This document shows, one piece after another, positions 39,140-51,985 of a DNA stretch of 64,000 bases. The stretch's first letter is position 1, and each line of letters begins with the position of its first letter. The notes beneath the pieces are model-generated. The model was not told the DNA's origin. It did no database searches and saw only the letters and a list, made by a program, of their open reading frames with translations. The DNA is from Mobula hypostoma (taxonomy: Eukaryota), in contig NC_086108.1 in the NCBI RefSeq assembly GCF_963921235.1, positions 2,852,001 to 2,916,000 of the forward strand. Reading direction: 5' to 3'. Position numbers and translations under genes: made by a program.

Positions 39140-40196
39140 ATTAAGTTCTACACTTTGGGATTAGAAAGATGAAAATCTGCCTTGACGACCACTGGGAAGA
39201 TACAGTGCAGAAGGAGGCTTTAACCCAGAGGCCATTTATTTTCCGAAACGCCATTCTATTTGTTCCTATTTTCTGAATTTTGTCCCTTCCATAACTCAAT
39301 ATTTCTTCACAGTATGAGACAAACAATACCAGGGGTGGTGAACATGCGGCACGTGTCCAAGAAGACACGTGGAATAATTTTGATGGCACACAGCACGTGG
39401 TGCAGCGCTCGATCTTTAAACCTCATTGGACAGCAGAGTCTTTGCTCGCTGAATACTGTAGGGTGTATCTTACGGAATTTGGGTTGCTGATCATAACAAT
39501 CACTGTGAAATTTCACTATCACGCACCATTTTATTGAAATCACTTATATTTGTTATTTCAATTCATAACTCAAGTCAGAATAACTGATGCCAAGATTAAG
39601 GAAGGCATTTTTGTTGGTCCACAAATCAAACAGGTCATCAATGACAGGCAATTCGAAGAATTTCTAGTAGGGCCATAGTAATCACATGGAAGGCATTCAA
39701 GGATGTTGTTGAACATTCTCTTGACAACAGCAGAGCACAAAACCATGTGCAGCTGGTTGACACATGCTTCAAGCATGAAGTGTAACATGACACTAAAGAT
39801 TCATTTTATGCATTCCCACTTAGACTTCTTCCCTGCAAATCTTAGCACTGTTAGTGACAAGCATGGTGAAAGGTTTCACCAGGACATTGTGGTCATAGAG
39901 AATCGGTATCAGGTCAACTGGAATCCATCAATGCTGGCTGATTATTCTTGGACACAAGCGTGAAGCCTCATACACTGAGTACAAATGAAATTCATCAGCA
40001 AAACATTTTTAGCTTAGTTGAACTATTACAGAGCATCAGCCCTGTTATTCAATTAAATGCACTATATTCAATAGAAGTTAATTTCTTGTTTCTCTAAATT
40101 CCTGTGATACAAATAATCTGAAATTCGATTTTGAGCTTCAAGTGAACAAAAAAAAATTGAGAAAGCAACCCTTCCAAAAAAATCTGTTCTCCAGTG
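39140..40196 (+). mobile_element. CMC/Chapaev3-type DNA transposon, deleted non-autonomous copy
   Basis: Transposase C-terminal motifs AKIKEGIFVGPQI and LKIHFMHSHLDFFPANLSTVSDKHGERFHQDI...RYQVNWNPSMLADY. Right end is ...ctgttctccagtg (CACTG terminus). Family assignment is from recalled motifs, not a search. Confidence 0.75.
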
Positions 40197-42029
40197 AAAT
40201 CATCATCATAAACTGCAGTTTACATGAGCACCATTGAGAGTGCCCTGACAAGCTGCATCTCCGTCTGGTCTGGGAGCAGCCCAGCATCGGACTGGAAGCC
40301 TCTATAAAGGACTGTGAGAACGGCCGAGGAGATTTAAGGGGTCTCCCTACCATCCATCAGGGACATTTATGAGGGCCCTTCGTATTATCAAGGATCCCAC
40401 CCATCCACCCAGCCTCCTCTTTGACTTTTTACCATCAGGCAGCAGACGCCAATGCATAAAGACAAGAACGGTCAGGATGAGAAACAGTTTCCTCCCCCAG
40501 ACCATTAGGCTTCTGAACTTCCTGCCGCACTGTATTCAAAATGTCACTGGTTAATCTGTTTCAGTATAATATTTAATATTAATGCACTTTAGTTTCCCAA
40601 TTATGTGTTATTCATCTGTAGATTAATATCCTTACCTTGTGTGTTCTGTGTACTACTGTGCTTTACACCCTGGTTCAGAGAAATGTTGTCTCGTTTCTAT
40701 ATACATTATATGGTTATATGCTATATGCACGTATGTTGTTAAATGACAATAAACTTGACACTTGATATCATCATCATTATGTGCCGTGTTGTATGACATG
40801 GGCAATCATGGTCTTTCCATTAATTTCAATCTGTCTGTTATACTTTCACTAATGGTAAAACAATTAGTACACATAAATAAACAACGTAACTCATCTTTTT
40901 TCCTTAAAAATGCCCATAATTATAGTTATGAATGAATTAACCAAAAACTTCTGTTCAAAATTACCATGATATATCAGAAAAATATTTAGAAGATGATCCC
41001 AAACTTGGGCAGATGCTCTCAGGGATGGACAGAGGTGGTTGTCTGCCCCTCACACACAGCAGCAGCTGAAGAACCAAGGGGCTCTGGAAGTGAATTTCCA
41101 AAGGACAAACTGTGAGCTGGAGGAACACCAAATGAGCAGCCATTGCTCTTTCTTGCTGCATTTCCCAGATCTGCTTGCACAAGATCCAGGTTCATACATC
41201 CAGCCTTCCTCACGCCGCGGATCAGAGTTTGTTCCGGTATTATGGTTGGCTTGTTAATCTTATTAGACAGACTGATTACTATACTTAAAAGAACATGATA
41301 AATGAGAGTAGCAGCAGTCCATTCGGTCCCAAATATCAGTTCTGCCACTCGATGAGATCTGGGCTGATCTTTTGTTTGGCCGATGCTATCTTGGCGCTGT
41401 AGCCAGCTGGTGGTGTAGTGGCATCTGTATCGGACCTCGAGGCGAGTGCTCCTAGGGTCGTATCCGGCCCGCTCATCGCGTGCTTTCCATCCGTGCAGGG
41501 TTGAATGTCGAACCAGTGACTCAGCCTCGTGAAAAAAACAGACAAATGCTAAATAAAGGACAAGACTGCCAACTGATGCGCCACAAGGCGCAGAAAGGAA
41601 CAACCAAAACAACGAAATCTTGATGCAGGAAGTGAGGCGACATTTGCAGGCTGCCCAGCACAATTCTCACTGCCGTGACGCAAACGACGCATTTCACTGA
41701 TGATTCAAAATCCATCTGACAAATAAAGCTAATCTTAAAAATCTTGAATTTCCACACTATTTTCCTAAATTAACCCATAAACTTCTATTATACCTAAAAA
41801 TTAGTTAGCTCTATCATGGGCACTAGTCTCCGTAGTTTCCAGGATACCTTCAAGGAGCAATTCCTCGAATAGGTGGCGTCCATCATTAAGGACCTCCATC
41901 ACCCAGGGCATGCCTTGTTCTCACTGTTACCGTCAGGAAGGAGCACAGAAGTCTGAAAACACACACACACTCGATTCAGGAACAGTTTCTTCCTCCCGCC
42001 ATCTGATTTTTTTTTTGGTATGTGCGTGC

Positions 42030-42285
42030 ATGCGTGTGCGTCGTTGGCAGGACAATGTCTTTTTCATGCCTATACAAGGCGTGGAGCGAGACAGAGAGAC
42101 TGTGTGACACGCCACTCCTCACACAGACATTTCCCAGTATTGTCCCTTTATTTTATGAGGTAGAGTTGCGATCTCGACACTCAATCCGGCACGGATGGAA
42201 AGCGTACTTGGGAGCAGCCCGACTGGGTTCGAACCCGGGAACCTCCGTTCCCGGGTCCGGCTCATTGCGCCACCAGCTGGCCCCT
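42030..42285 (-). mobile_element. tRNA-derived SINE (related copy 41395-41610, +)
   Basis: B-box ggttcgaaccc. Shared 'gccagctggtgg' head and 'gctttccatccgtgc' core. Confidence 0.65.
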
Positions 42286-43489
42286 GCTATCTGATTTCTA
42301 AATAGGCAACGAACACTACCTCTCTACTTTTTTATTTTCATTTTACCGTACTTACTTAATTCACCTATTTAATATGTATATTTACTGTAATTCATATTTT
42401 TTCTATTATTAGGTATTGCCGCAAAGACAATAAATTTCACGACGTATGCTGATGATGTTAAACCTGATTCTGAATCAAATGATCCATCTTAAAGATGCTG
42501 AGTATCAGAGACTCTGTTGACATCAAAGATTCTGCAGGTGTTGGAAATCCAGAGTAATTCACACAAAATGCTGGAAGAACTCTACAGGTCAGGCAGCACC
42601 GATGGAGAGGAATAGACAAATCGATGTTTCCTGATGAAGTGTCTTGGCCTGAAACATCAACTATTTATTCCTCTCCTTAAATGTTGCCTGAACTGCTGAG
42701 TTCCTCCATCATTTTGTGTGAGAGCCTCCACAGTACTGCTGTGGGTGAAGAAATTCCTTCATCAGTGTATGAATGTATCTAGTCACCCCAGTGAGGAAAC
42801 ATTAACTCCCCGTCCACCTCTATCACAGCTTGCTTCAACAAGATGGAAGTTTTCCCACAACCTGCATTACATCTCCTCCTGTTTTAACATCCCGATACGG
42901 CAAACCCAACACACAGGAACACAAGAGGCTGCAGCCCTCCCCATCAATGGAAACGCTGACATGAGGCACCACCTCAAAAAGATGGCACCCCTTATCACTT
43001 ACTTCCTTACTGTTCAGTACGCCGCTGGCATTTAGGGCAGCAGTGAAGGTCGTCCATCTCTGGTGGTGTTCAGGGCTTCCTTCATCGTGTCAGTAGCTTC
43101 CTCTCAGTTTTCACTACTGTCAGTCATGCAAGTCCCAGGTGGAGACTCAGGAATACTGTCGCACTCAGATGTAGAAGGATTCTTCATTGCTGTTTCAATA
43201 TCAGTTTTGTTTGACCGGTCAGGGTTGTTAGCCCTGAGCTTAATCCCAAACCTGGAGGACTGGTGGACCACTCTTAACCTGGCCTCTACCCTTTGACCTG
43301 TTTGGCATGGGTGACCCTGCCAAGAAGCCAAAGCATAAAGTCCTGACTCCAGGTCATTGAGGCACGCAAGCCTCCAAACCCTACGACAAGGTTGGAAGAT
43401 CTGTTATCAAGAATCTCCACTATCTGGGCTGTTACTACCATCGTGTAGGAGGTACAGATTCCTGAAGTCCTGTACCACCAGTTTCACAG

Positions 43490-44682
43490 AATCATGGAGT
43501 CATAGAAATCTACAGCACATTACAGACCCTTCAGCTCACAATATTGTGCCGACCTTGTAACCTACTCTAGAAGCTGCCCAGAATTTCCCTACCGCATAGC
43601 CCTCTATTTTTCTAAGCTCCATGTACCTATCCAAGAGACTCTTAAAAGACCATGTTGTATCTGCCTCCACCACTGTCGCTAGCAGCCCATTCCATGCACC
43701 CACCACTCTCTGTGTGAAAAACTTACCCGACATCTCCTCGATACCCATATCCAAGCACCTTAAAACTAACACCCCTCGTGTTAGCCAATTCAACCCTGGA
43801 AAAAGACCTCTGGCTATCCACACGATCAATGTCTGTCATCATCTTGTACACCTCTATCAGGTCACCTCTCATCCTCCATTGCTCCAAGGAGAAAATGCCA
43901 ACTTCACTCAACCTATTCTCATAAGGTACACCTTCCAATCCAGGCAACATCCTTGTAAATCTCCTCTGCTCACTCTCTCTAGTTTCCACATCCATCCTGT
44001 AGTAAGGTGACCAGAACTGAACACAGTACTCCAAGTGGGGTCCTATATAGCTGTAACATTACCTCACGGCTCTTGAACACAATCCCACAGTTGATGAATG
44101 CCAACACACTATATGCCTTCTTAACAACACTGTCAACCTGCGCAGCAGCTTTGAGTGTCCTATGGACACGCACTCCAAGATCTCTCAGATTCTCCACACC
44201 GCCAAGAGTCTTACCATTGCTACTATGTTCTGTCTGCAAATCTGACATATCAATATGAACCACCTCACACTTATCTGGGTTGAACTCTATCTGCCACTTT
44301 TTAGCCCAATTCTACATCCTATCGATGTCCCGCTGTAACCTCTGACAATCCTCCAGACTATCCGCAATACCCCAACTTTTGTGTCATCAGCATACTTACT
44401 AATCCACACTTCTAATTCCTCATTTTATAAAAATCACAAAGGGAGGGGTCCCAGAACAGATCCCTGAGGCACACCACTGGTCACCAACCTCCATGCAGAA
44501 TACAAACCATCTATAACAATCTTCTGTGAGCAAGCCAATTCTAAATTCACAAAGCAAGGTCTCCTTGGATCCCATGCCTCCTTACCTTCTGAATGAGCCT
44601 TGCATGGATCCATATACACTACATCCATTGCTCTACCTTTCTCGATGTGTTTTGTTACCTCCTCAGAGAACTCAATTAGGCT
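43490..44682 (-). mobile_element. CR1 copy A, 3' piece (SLIEFSEEVTKHIEKGRAMDVVYMD... to 3' UTR)
   Basis: ORFs 44434..44781, 43979..44263, 43723..44034 and 43536..43829. CR1 3' UTR and tail near 43490-43560. Confidence 0.88.
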
Positions 44683-47600
44683 CATAAGACCATAAGTCAT
44701 TGAAATAGAAATTGGGCCATTTGGCCCATCGAGCCTGTTCCACCATTCAATCATGGCTGATCCTTTTTTTCTCCTCCTCAAACATATTTCCCAGCCCTCT
44801 CCCAGTAACCAATCAAGATCCTGTCAACCTCTGCCTTAAATACACCCAGCAACCTGGGTTCCACAGCTGCATGTGGCAACAAATTCCACAAATTCACCAG
44901 GCTCTGGCTAAAGAAATTTCTCCACATCTCAGTTTGAATGGACGACTTTCTATCCTGAGGCTGTGCCCTCTTGTCCTAGACTCTCCCACCATGGGAAACA
45001 TCCTTTCCACATCTACTCTGTCTAGGCCTTTCAACATTCAAAAGGTTTCAATGAGATCCTTCCCTCATCCTTCTGAATTCCAGCAAGTACAAACCTAGAG
45101 CCATCAAATGTCCCTCGTATGATAACCCTTCCATTCCTGGAATCATCCTTGTGAACCTCTCCAATGCCAGCACATCTTTTCTAAGACAAGGAGCCCAAAA
45201 CTGTTCACAATATTCAAGGTGAGGCCTCACCAGTGCCTTATAAATCCTCAGCATCACATCCTTGCTCTTGTATTCTAGACCTCTTGAAATGAATGCTAAC
45301 ATGGCATTTGCCTTCCTCACCACTGACTCAACCTGCAAGTTAACCTTCAAGGTGTTCTGCACAAGGACTCCCAAGTCCCTTTGCATCTCAAATTTTTGGA
45401 TTTTCTCCCCATTTGGAAAATAGTCTGCACATTTACTTCTGCTACCAAAGTGCATGACCATGCATTTTCCAGCATTATATTTCATTTGCCACTTTCTTGC
45501 CCATTCTCGTAATCTGTCTAAGTCCTTCTGCATTCAATATCCTCAATACGACCTGCCCCTCCACCAATCTTTGAATCATCTAAAAACTTGGCAACAGAGT
45601 CATCTATTTCATCATCTAAATAATTTATATACAGCATAAAAAGGAGTGGTCCCAGCACTGACCCCAGCGGAACACCACCAGTCACTGGCAGCCAAGCAGA
45701 AAAGGATCCTTTTATTCCCACTCTCTGCCTCCTTCCAATCAGTCAATGCTCTAACCATGTTAGTAACTTTCCTGTAATACCATGAGCTCTTAACTTGTTT
45801 AGCAGCCTCATGAGTGGCACCTTGTCAAAGGCCTTCTGAAAATCCAAATATACAACAACGACTGCATCCCCTTTATCTATCCTACTTGTCATCTCCTCAA
45901 AGAATTACAACAGGTTTGTTTGGCAAGATTTTCCCTTCAGGAAACCATGATGACTTTGTCCTATCTTCTCCTGTGTCACCAAGTACTCCATCACCTCATC
46001 CTTAACAATAGACTCTAACATCTTCCCAACCACTGAGGTCAGGCCAACTGGTCTATAATATCCTTTCTGCTGCCTTCCTCCTTCCTTAAAGAGTGGAGTG
46101 ACATTTGCAATTTTCCAGTCCTCTGGCACCATGGCAGAGGCCAATGATTTTTGAAAGATCATTTCTAATGCCACCACAATCTCTAACGCTACCTCTTTCA
46201 GAACCCCAGAGTGCAGTTTATCTGGTCCGGGTGACTTATGTACCTTTAGGTCTTTCAGCTTTTTGAGAACCTTCTCCCTTGTAATAGTAACTGCACCCAC
46301 TTCTCTTCCATCACACGGTACAACATCTGGTACACTGCTCGTGTCTTCCACAGCGAAGACTGATGCAAAATACTCATTTAGTTCATCAGCCATCTCCTTG
46401 TCCCTCGTTATTATTTCTCCTGCCTCATTTTCTAGTGGTCCAATATCCACTCTCATTTCTCTTTTTTTTTCCTACTTGAAAAAGCTTTTACTATCCAATT
46501 CGATATTATGTGCTAGCTTGCTTTCATATTTCAACTTTTCTCACCTAATGATTCTTTTAGTTATTCTCTGTAGGTTTTTAAAAACTTCCCAATCCTCTAT
46601 TATCCTACTAATTTTTGCCTTGTATGCCCTTTCTTTTGTCTTTACATTAGCTTTAAATTCCCTTGTCAGCCACTGTTGTACTATTTTGTCATTTGAGTAT
46701 TTCTTCATTTTTTGAATACACTTGTGTTTGTCCATCACCTTCCTCATTTTTCCCAGAAACACATGCCATTGCTACCCTGCTGTCATGCCTGCCAGCAGCT
46801 CCTTCCAATTTACTTTGGCCAACTCCTCTCTCATACCACTGTAATTTACCTCACTCCACTGAAATACTGCTACATCAGACTTTACTTTCACCTATCAAAT
46901 TTCAAGTTGAACTCAATCTTATTGTGATCACTGGTTCCTAAGGGTTCTTTCACCTTATCCGCCTCTGGTTCATTACATAACAGCCAACACAGTATAACTG
47001 ATCCCCTAGTAGGCTCAAAAACAAGCTGCTCTAAAAAGCCATCTCTTAGGCTTTCAACAAACTCACTCTCTTGCGATCCATTACCAAGCTGATTTTCCCA
47101 ATCAACCTGCATGTTAAAATCTCCAATGACTACCATAACATTACCCTTTTGACTCGTCTTTTCTATTTCCTGTTGTAATCTGTGGTCCACTGTTGGGAGG
47201 CCTGTATATAACTGGTATCAACATCCTTTTACCCTTGCAGTTTCTTAAAACAATGCACAAGAACTCAACATCTTCCGATCCTATGTCACATCTTTCTACT
47301 GATTTGATGCCATTCTTTACCAGTAGAGCCACTACCCCCTCTGCCTACCTTCCTGTCCCTCTGATATAACGTGTAACCTTGGACATTCAGTTCCCAACTA
47401 CACCCATCCTTCAGTCATGATTCAGTGATGGCCACATCATACCTGACCATCTGTAATAGTGGGAACAAGATCATCCACCTTATTTCTTATACTCTGCGCG
47501 TTGAGATACAACACCTTGAGTACCACATTTGCAACCCTTTTTGATTTTGCATCCTTAATGCACTAATACTCACCCTGCTGGTTGCAATTATTTCCTATCA

Positions 47601-48117
47601 TCTGCCTCCCCTTCCTGACAGCCTGACTGCACGCTACCTTAACTTTTTTTAATCATCCGTCCTATCCTGAGTCCCATCGCTCCGGTTCCCGATCTCCTGC
47701 CAAATTAGTTTAAACCCTCCCCAACAGCTCTAACAAACCTGCTCGCAAGAATATCGGCCCCTCCTCCGGTTCAGGTGCAACCCGTCACTTTTGTACAACT
47801 CATACCTCCCTCAGAAGAGATCCCAACAATCCAATAACCTGAAGCCCTGCCTCCTGCACCGGCTTCTCAGCCACGCATTTATCTGCCAAATCACCCTGTT
47901 TCTACCCTCACTGGCGCGTGGTATAGACGGCAATCCAGAAATTACTACCCTGGAAGTCCTGCTTCTTAGCTTTCTACCCACCTCTCTAAAATCTCCTTTC
48001 AGGACCTCTTTTCCTTCCTATGTCATTAGTACCAATATGTACCAAGACATCTAGCTGCTCTCCCTCCCTCTACAAAATGTTGTGGATAGGATCTGAGACG
48101 TCCTTGACCCTGGCACC
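44683..48117 (-). mobile_element. CR1 LINE copy C: degenerate, 5'-truncated in the ORF1 esterase, inserted into copy A
   Basis: Starts at 'GARVKDVSD'. Endonuclease and RT fragments in ORFs 46888..47190, 45905..46456, 45518..45721 and 45048..45533. Tail cttatggtcttatg. Confidence 0.92.
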
Positions 48118-48284
48118 TGTAAGGCATGACCTGCCCTTGACAAAGCCATGCTGACTATCCCTAATCAGATTATGTCTCTCTAAAAGCTCATAAATCCTGC
48201 CTCTCAGGATCTTCTCCAACAACTTGCCCACCACTGAAGTAAGACTCACTGGTCTATAATTTCCTGGGTTATCTCTACCCACTT
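48118..48284 (-). mobile_element. CR1 copy A, middle piece (GRDNPGNYRPVSLTSVVGKLLEKILR...QHGFVKGRSCLT)
   Basis: RT segment sandwiched between the tail of copy B and the 5' end of copy C. Confidence 0.88.
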
Positions 48285-48358
48285 CCATAGAACCATAGAA
48301 ACTACAGCACAGAAACAGGCCCTTTGGCCCTTCTTGGCTGTGCCGAACCATTTTCTGC

Positions 48359-51316
48359 CTAGTCCCACTGACCTGCACACGGACCATATCCCTCCATATA
48401 CCTCCCATCCATGTATCTGTCCAATTTATTCTTAAATGTTAAAAAAGAACCCGCATTTACCACCTCGTCTGGCAGCTCATTCCATACTCGCACCACTCTC
48501 TGTGTGAAGAAGCCCCCCCCAATGTTCCCTTTAAACTTTTCCCCCCTCACCCTTAACCCATGTCCTCTGGTTTTTTTCTCCCCTTGCCTCAGTGGAAAAA
48601 GCCTGCTTGCATTCACTCTATCTATACCCATCATAATTTTATATACCTCTATCAAATCTCCCCTCATTCTTCTATGCTCCAGGGAATAAAGTCCTAACCT
48701 ATTCAACCTTTCTCTGTAACTGAGTTTCTCAAGTCCCGGCAACATCCTTGTAAACCTTCTCTGCACTCTTTCAACCTTATTTATATCCTTCCTGTAATTT
48801 GGTGACCAAAACTGAACACAATACTCCAGATTCGGCCTCACCAATGCCTTATACAACCTCATCATAACATTCCAGCTCTTATACTCAATACTTCGATTAA
48901 TAAAGGCCAATGTACCAAAAGCTCTCTTTATGACCCTATCTACCTGTGACGACACTTTTAGGGAATTTTGTATCTGTATTCCCAGATCCCTCTGTTCCAC
49001 TGCACTCCTCAGTGCCTTACCATTAACCCTGTATGTTCCACGTTGGTTTGTCCTTCCAACATGCAATACCTCACACTTGTCAGTATTAAACTCATCTGCC
49101 ATTTTTCAGCCCATTTTTCCAGATGGTCCAAGTCCCTCTGCAGGCTCTGAAAACCTTTCTCACTGTCTACTACACTTCCAATCTTTGTATCATCAGCAAA
49201 CTTGCTGATCCAATTTACCACATTATCATCCAGATCATTGATATAGATGACAAATAACAATGGACACAGCACTGATCCCTGTGGCACACCACTAGTCACA
49301 GGCCTCCACTCAGAGAAGCAATTCTCTACCACCACTCTCTGGCTTCTTCCATCGAGCCAATGTCTAATCCAATTTACCACCTCTCCATGTATACCTAGCG
49401 ACTGAATTTTCCTAACTAACCTCCCATGCGGGACCTTGTCAAAGGCCTTACTGAAGTCCATGTAGACAATATCCACTGCCTTCCCTTCATCCACTTTCCT
49501 GGTAACCTCCTCGAAAAACTCCAATAGATTGGTCAAACATGACCTACCACGCACAAAGCCATGTTGACTCTCCCTAATAAGCCCCTGTCTATCCAAATGC
49601 TTGTAGATTCTGTCTCTTAGTACTCCCTCCAATAACTTAACTACTACTGACGTTAAACTCACCGGCCTATAATTTCCCGGATTACTTTTCGATCCTTTTT
49701 TAAACAACGGAACAACATGAGCCACTCTCCAATCCTCCGGCACTTCACCCGTAGACAGCGACATTTTAAATATTTCTGCCAGGGCCCCCGCAATTTCAAC
49801 ACTAGTCTCCTTCAAGGTCCGAGGGAACACTCTGTCAGGTCCCGGGGATTTATCCACTTTAATTTTCCTCAAGACAGCAAGCACCTCCTCCTTTTCAATC
49901 TGTACAGTTTCCGTGGTCTCACTACTTGATTCCCTCAATTCCATAGATTTCATGCCAGCTTCCTTAGTAAATACAGACGCAAAAAACCTATTTAAGATCT
50001 CCCCCATTTCCATTTCCTTTGGTTCCGCACAAAGCCGACCACTCTGATCTTCAAGAGGACCAATTTTATCCCTTACAATCCTTTTGCTCTAAATATACTT
50101 GTAAAAGCTCTTTGGATTATCCTTCACTTTGACTGCCAAGGCAACCTCACGTCTTCTTTTAGCCCTCCTGGTTTCTTTCTTAAGTATTTTCTTGCACTTC
50201 TTATACTCCTCAAGCACCTGATTTACTCCGTTTCCTATACATTTCATACAACTCCCTCTTCTTCTTTATCAGAGTTGCAATATCCCTTGAGAACCAAGGT
50301 TCCTTATTCCTATTCAATTTGCTTTTAATCCTGACAGGAACATACAAACTCTGCACTCTCAAAATTTCCCCTTTGAAGGCTTCCCACCTACCAATCACAT
50401 CTTTGCCAGAGAACAACCTGTCCCAATCCACTCTTTTTAGATCCTTTCTCATTTCTTCAAATTTGGCCTTCTTCCAGTTCAGAACCTCAACCCTAGGGCC
50501 AGATCTATCCTTGCCCATGATCAAATTGAAACTAATGGTGTTATGATCACTGGAACCAAAGTGCTCCCCTACACAGACTTCTGTCACTTGCCCTAATTCG
50601 TTTCCTAACAGGAGATCCAATATTGCATCCCCTCTAGTTGGTCCCTCTATATACTGATTTAGAAAACTTTCCTGAACACATTTTACAAACTCTAAACCAT
50701 CTAGACCCCTAGCAGTATGGGAGTCCCAATCAATGTATGGAAAATTAAAACCCCCTACCACCACAACTTTATGTTTCCTGCAGTTGCCTGCTATCTCTCT
50801 GCAGATTTGCTCTTCCAAGTCTCGTTGACTATTGGGTGGTCTGTAATACAATCCCACTAATGTGGCCATACCTTTCCTGTTTCTCAGCTCTACCCATAAG
50901 GACTCAGTAGACAAGCCCTCTAATCTGTCCTGCCTGAGCACTGCTGTAATATTTTCCCTAACAAGTAATGCTACTCCCCCACCTTTCATTCCTCTGCCTC
51001 GATCACAACTGAAACATCGGAACCCTGGAATATTAAGCTGCCAGTCCTGCCCCTCCTGTAGCCAAGTTTCACTAATTGCTACAACATCATAATTCCACGT
51101 GTCAATCCACGCCCTCAACTCATCCGCCTTCCCCGCAATACTCCTAGCATTGAAATATATACACCTCAGAAGATTTTTACCACCACTCACAACCTTTCTA
51201 TCAGCGGATTTGCTTAAACTTTCAATATCATTTATTTTCACCCCAGCTACACTGTCAGCTCTGGCACTCTGGTTCCCATCCCCCTGCAAATCTAGTTTAA
51301 AGCCTCCCCAATAGCA
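48359..51316 (-). pseudogene. CR1 ORF2 (AP endonuclease + reverse transcriptase), broken by at least two frameshifts
   Basis: ORFs 50210..51289 (NARS, SETW, GSSDH), 49009..50013 (NYRPVSLTS, QHGF, DFSKAFD, GVPQGSVL, FADD) and 48359..49102 (RPNLEYCVQFW). Confidence 0.95.
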
Positions 51317-51960
51317 CTAACAAACCTCCCTGAAAGGATATTGGTCCCCCTGTGGTTCAAGTGTAACCCGTCTCTCTTGTACAGGTCCCACCTGCCCCAG
51401 AAGAGGTCCCAATGATCCTGAAATCGGAAACCCTGCCCCCTACACCAGTTCCTCAGCCACGTGTTCCTCCTCCAGAGCATCCTATTCCTACCCTCACTGG
51501 CACCTAGCACAGGTAGCAATCCTGAGATTACCACCCTTGAGGTCCTGCTTTTCAACTTCCTACCAAGCTCTCTATACTCACTGTCCAGGACCTGTTCACT
51601 CTTCCTTGCTATGTCATTGGTACTGATGTGCACCACGACATCTGGCTGGTCACCCTCCCACTTCAGAATGTCATGCAATCGATCAGAGACATCCTTGACC
51701 CTGGCACCCGGGAGGCAACAAACCATCCTGGATTCCCTGTCACGACCACAGAACCTTCTATCTGCACCTCTAACTATCGAGTCCCCTATCACTACCGCTC
51801 TCCTCTTTTCCCCCCTCCCTTCTGCACTGCAGAACCAGACTCAGTGCCAGAGATCCGGCTACTGCAGCTAGTCCCAGGTAAGTCATCCCTCCCAACAGTA
51901 TCCAATGCGGTATACTTGTTGTTGAGGGGAATGGCCACAGGGGAACGCTGCTCTGCCTGC
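51292..51960 (-). pseudogene. CR1 ORF1, SGNH/GDSL esterase domain (N-terminus missing)
   Basis: Block I 'IGDSIVR', block II 'LPGARV', block III 'HISTND' (normally GxND), block V 'DGLH'. Confidence 0.92.
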
Positions 51961-51985
51961 CCTTTCCTCTTCCCTCGCCTTTCCT

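Larger units (their letters stand above)
48285..51985 (-). mobile_element. CR1 LINE copy B: near full length, relatively young, 5'-truncated within ORF1
   Basis: SGNH esterase ORF1, then AP endonuclease, RT (KFADDTK) and C-terminal region in three long ORF pieces. 3' tail is (TTCTATGG)n. Confidence 0.95.

Noticed and set aside
48285..51985. Active autonomous CR1
   Set aside because: It is 5'-truncated and ORF2 has at least two frameshifts.
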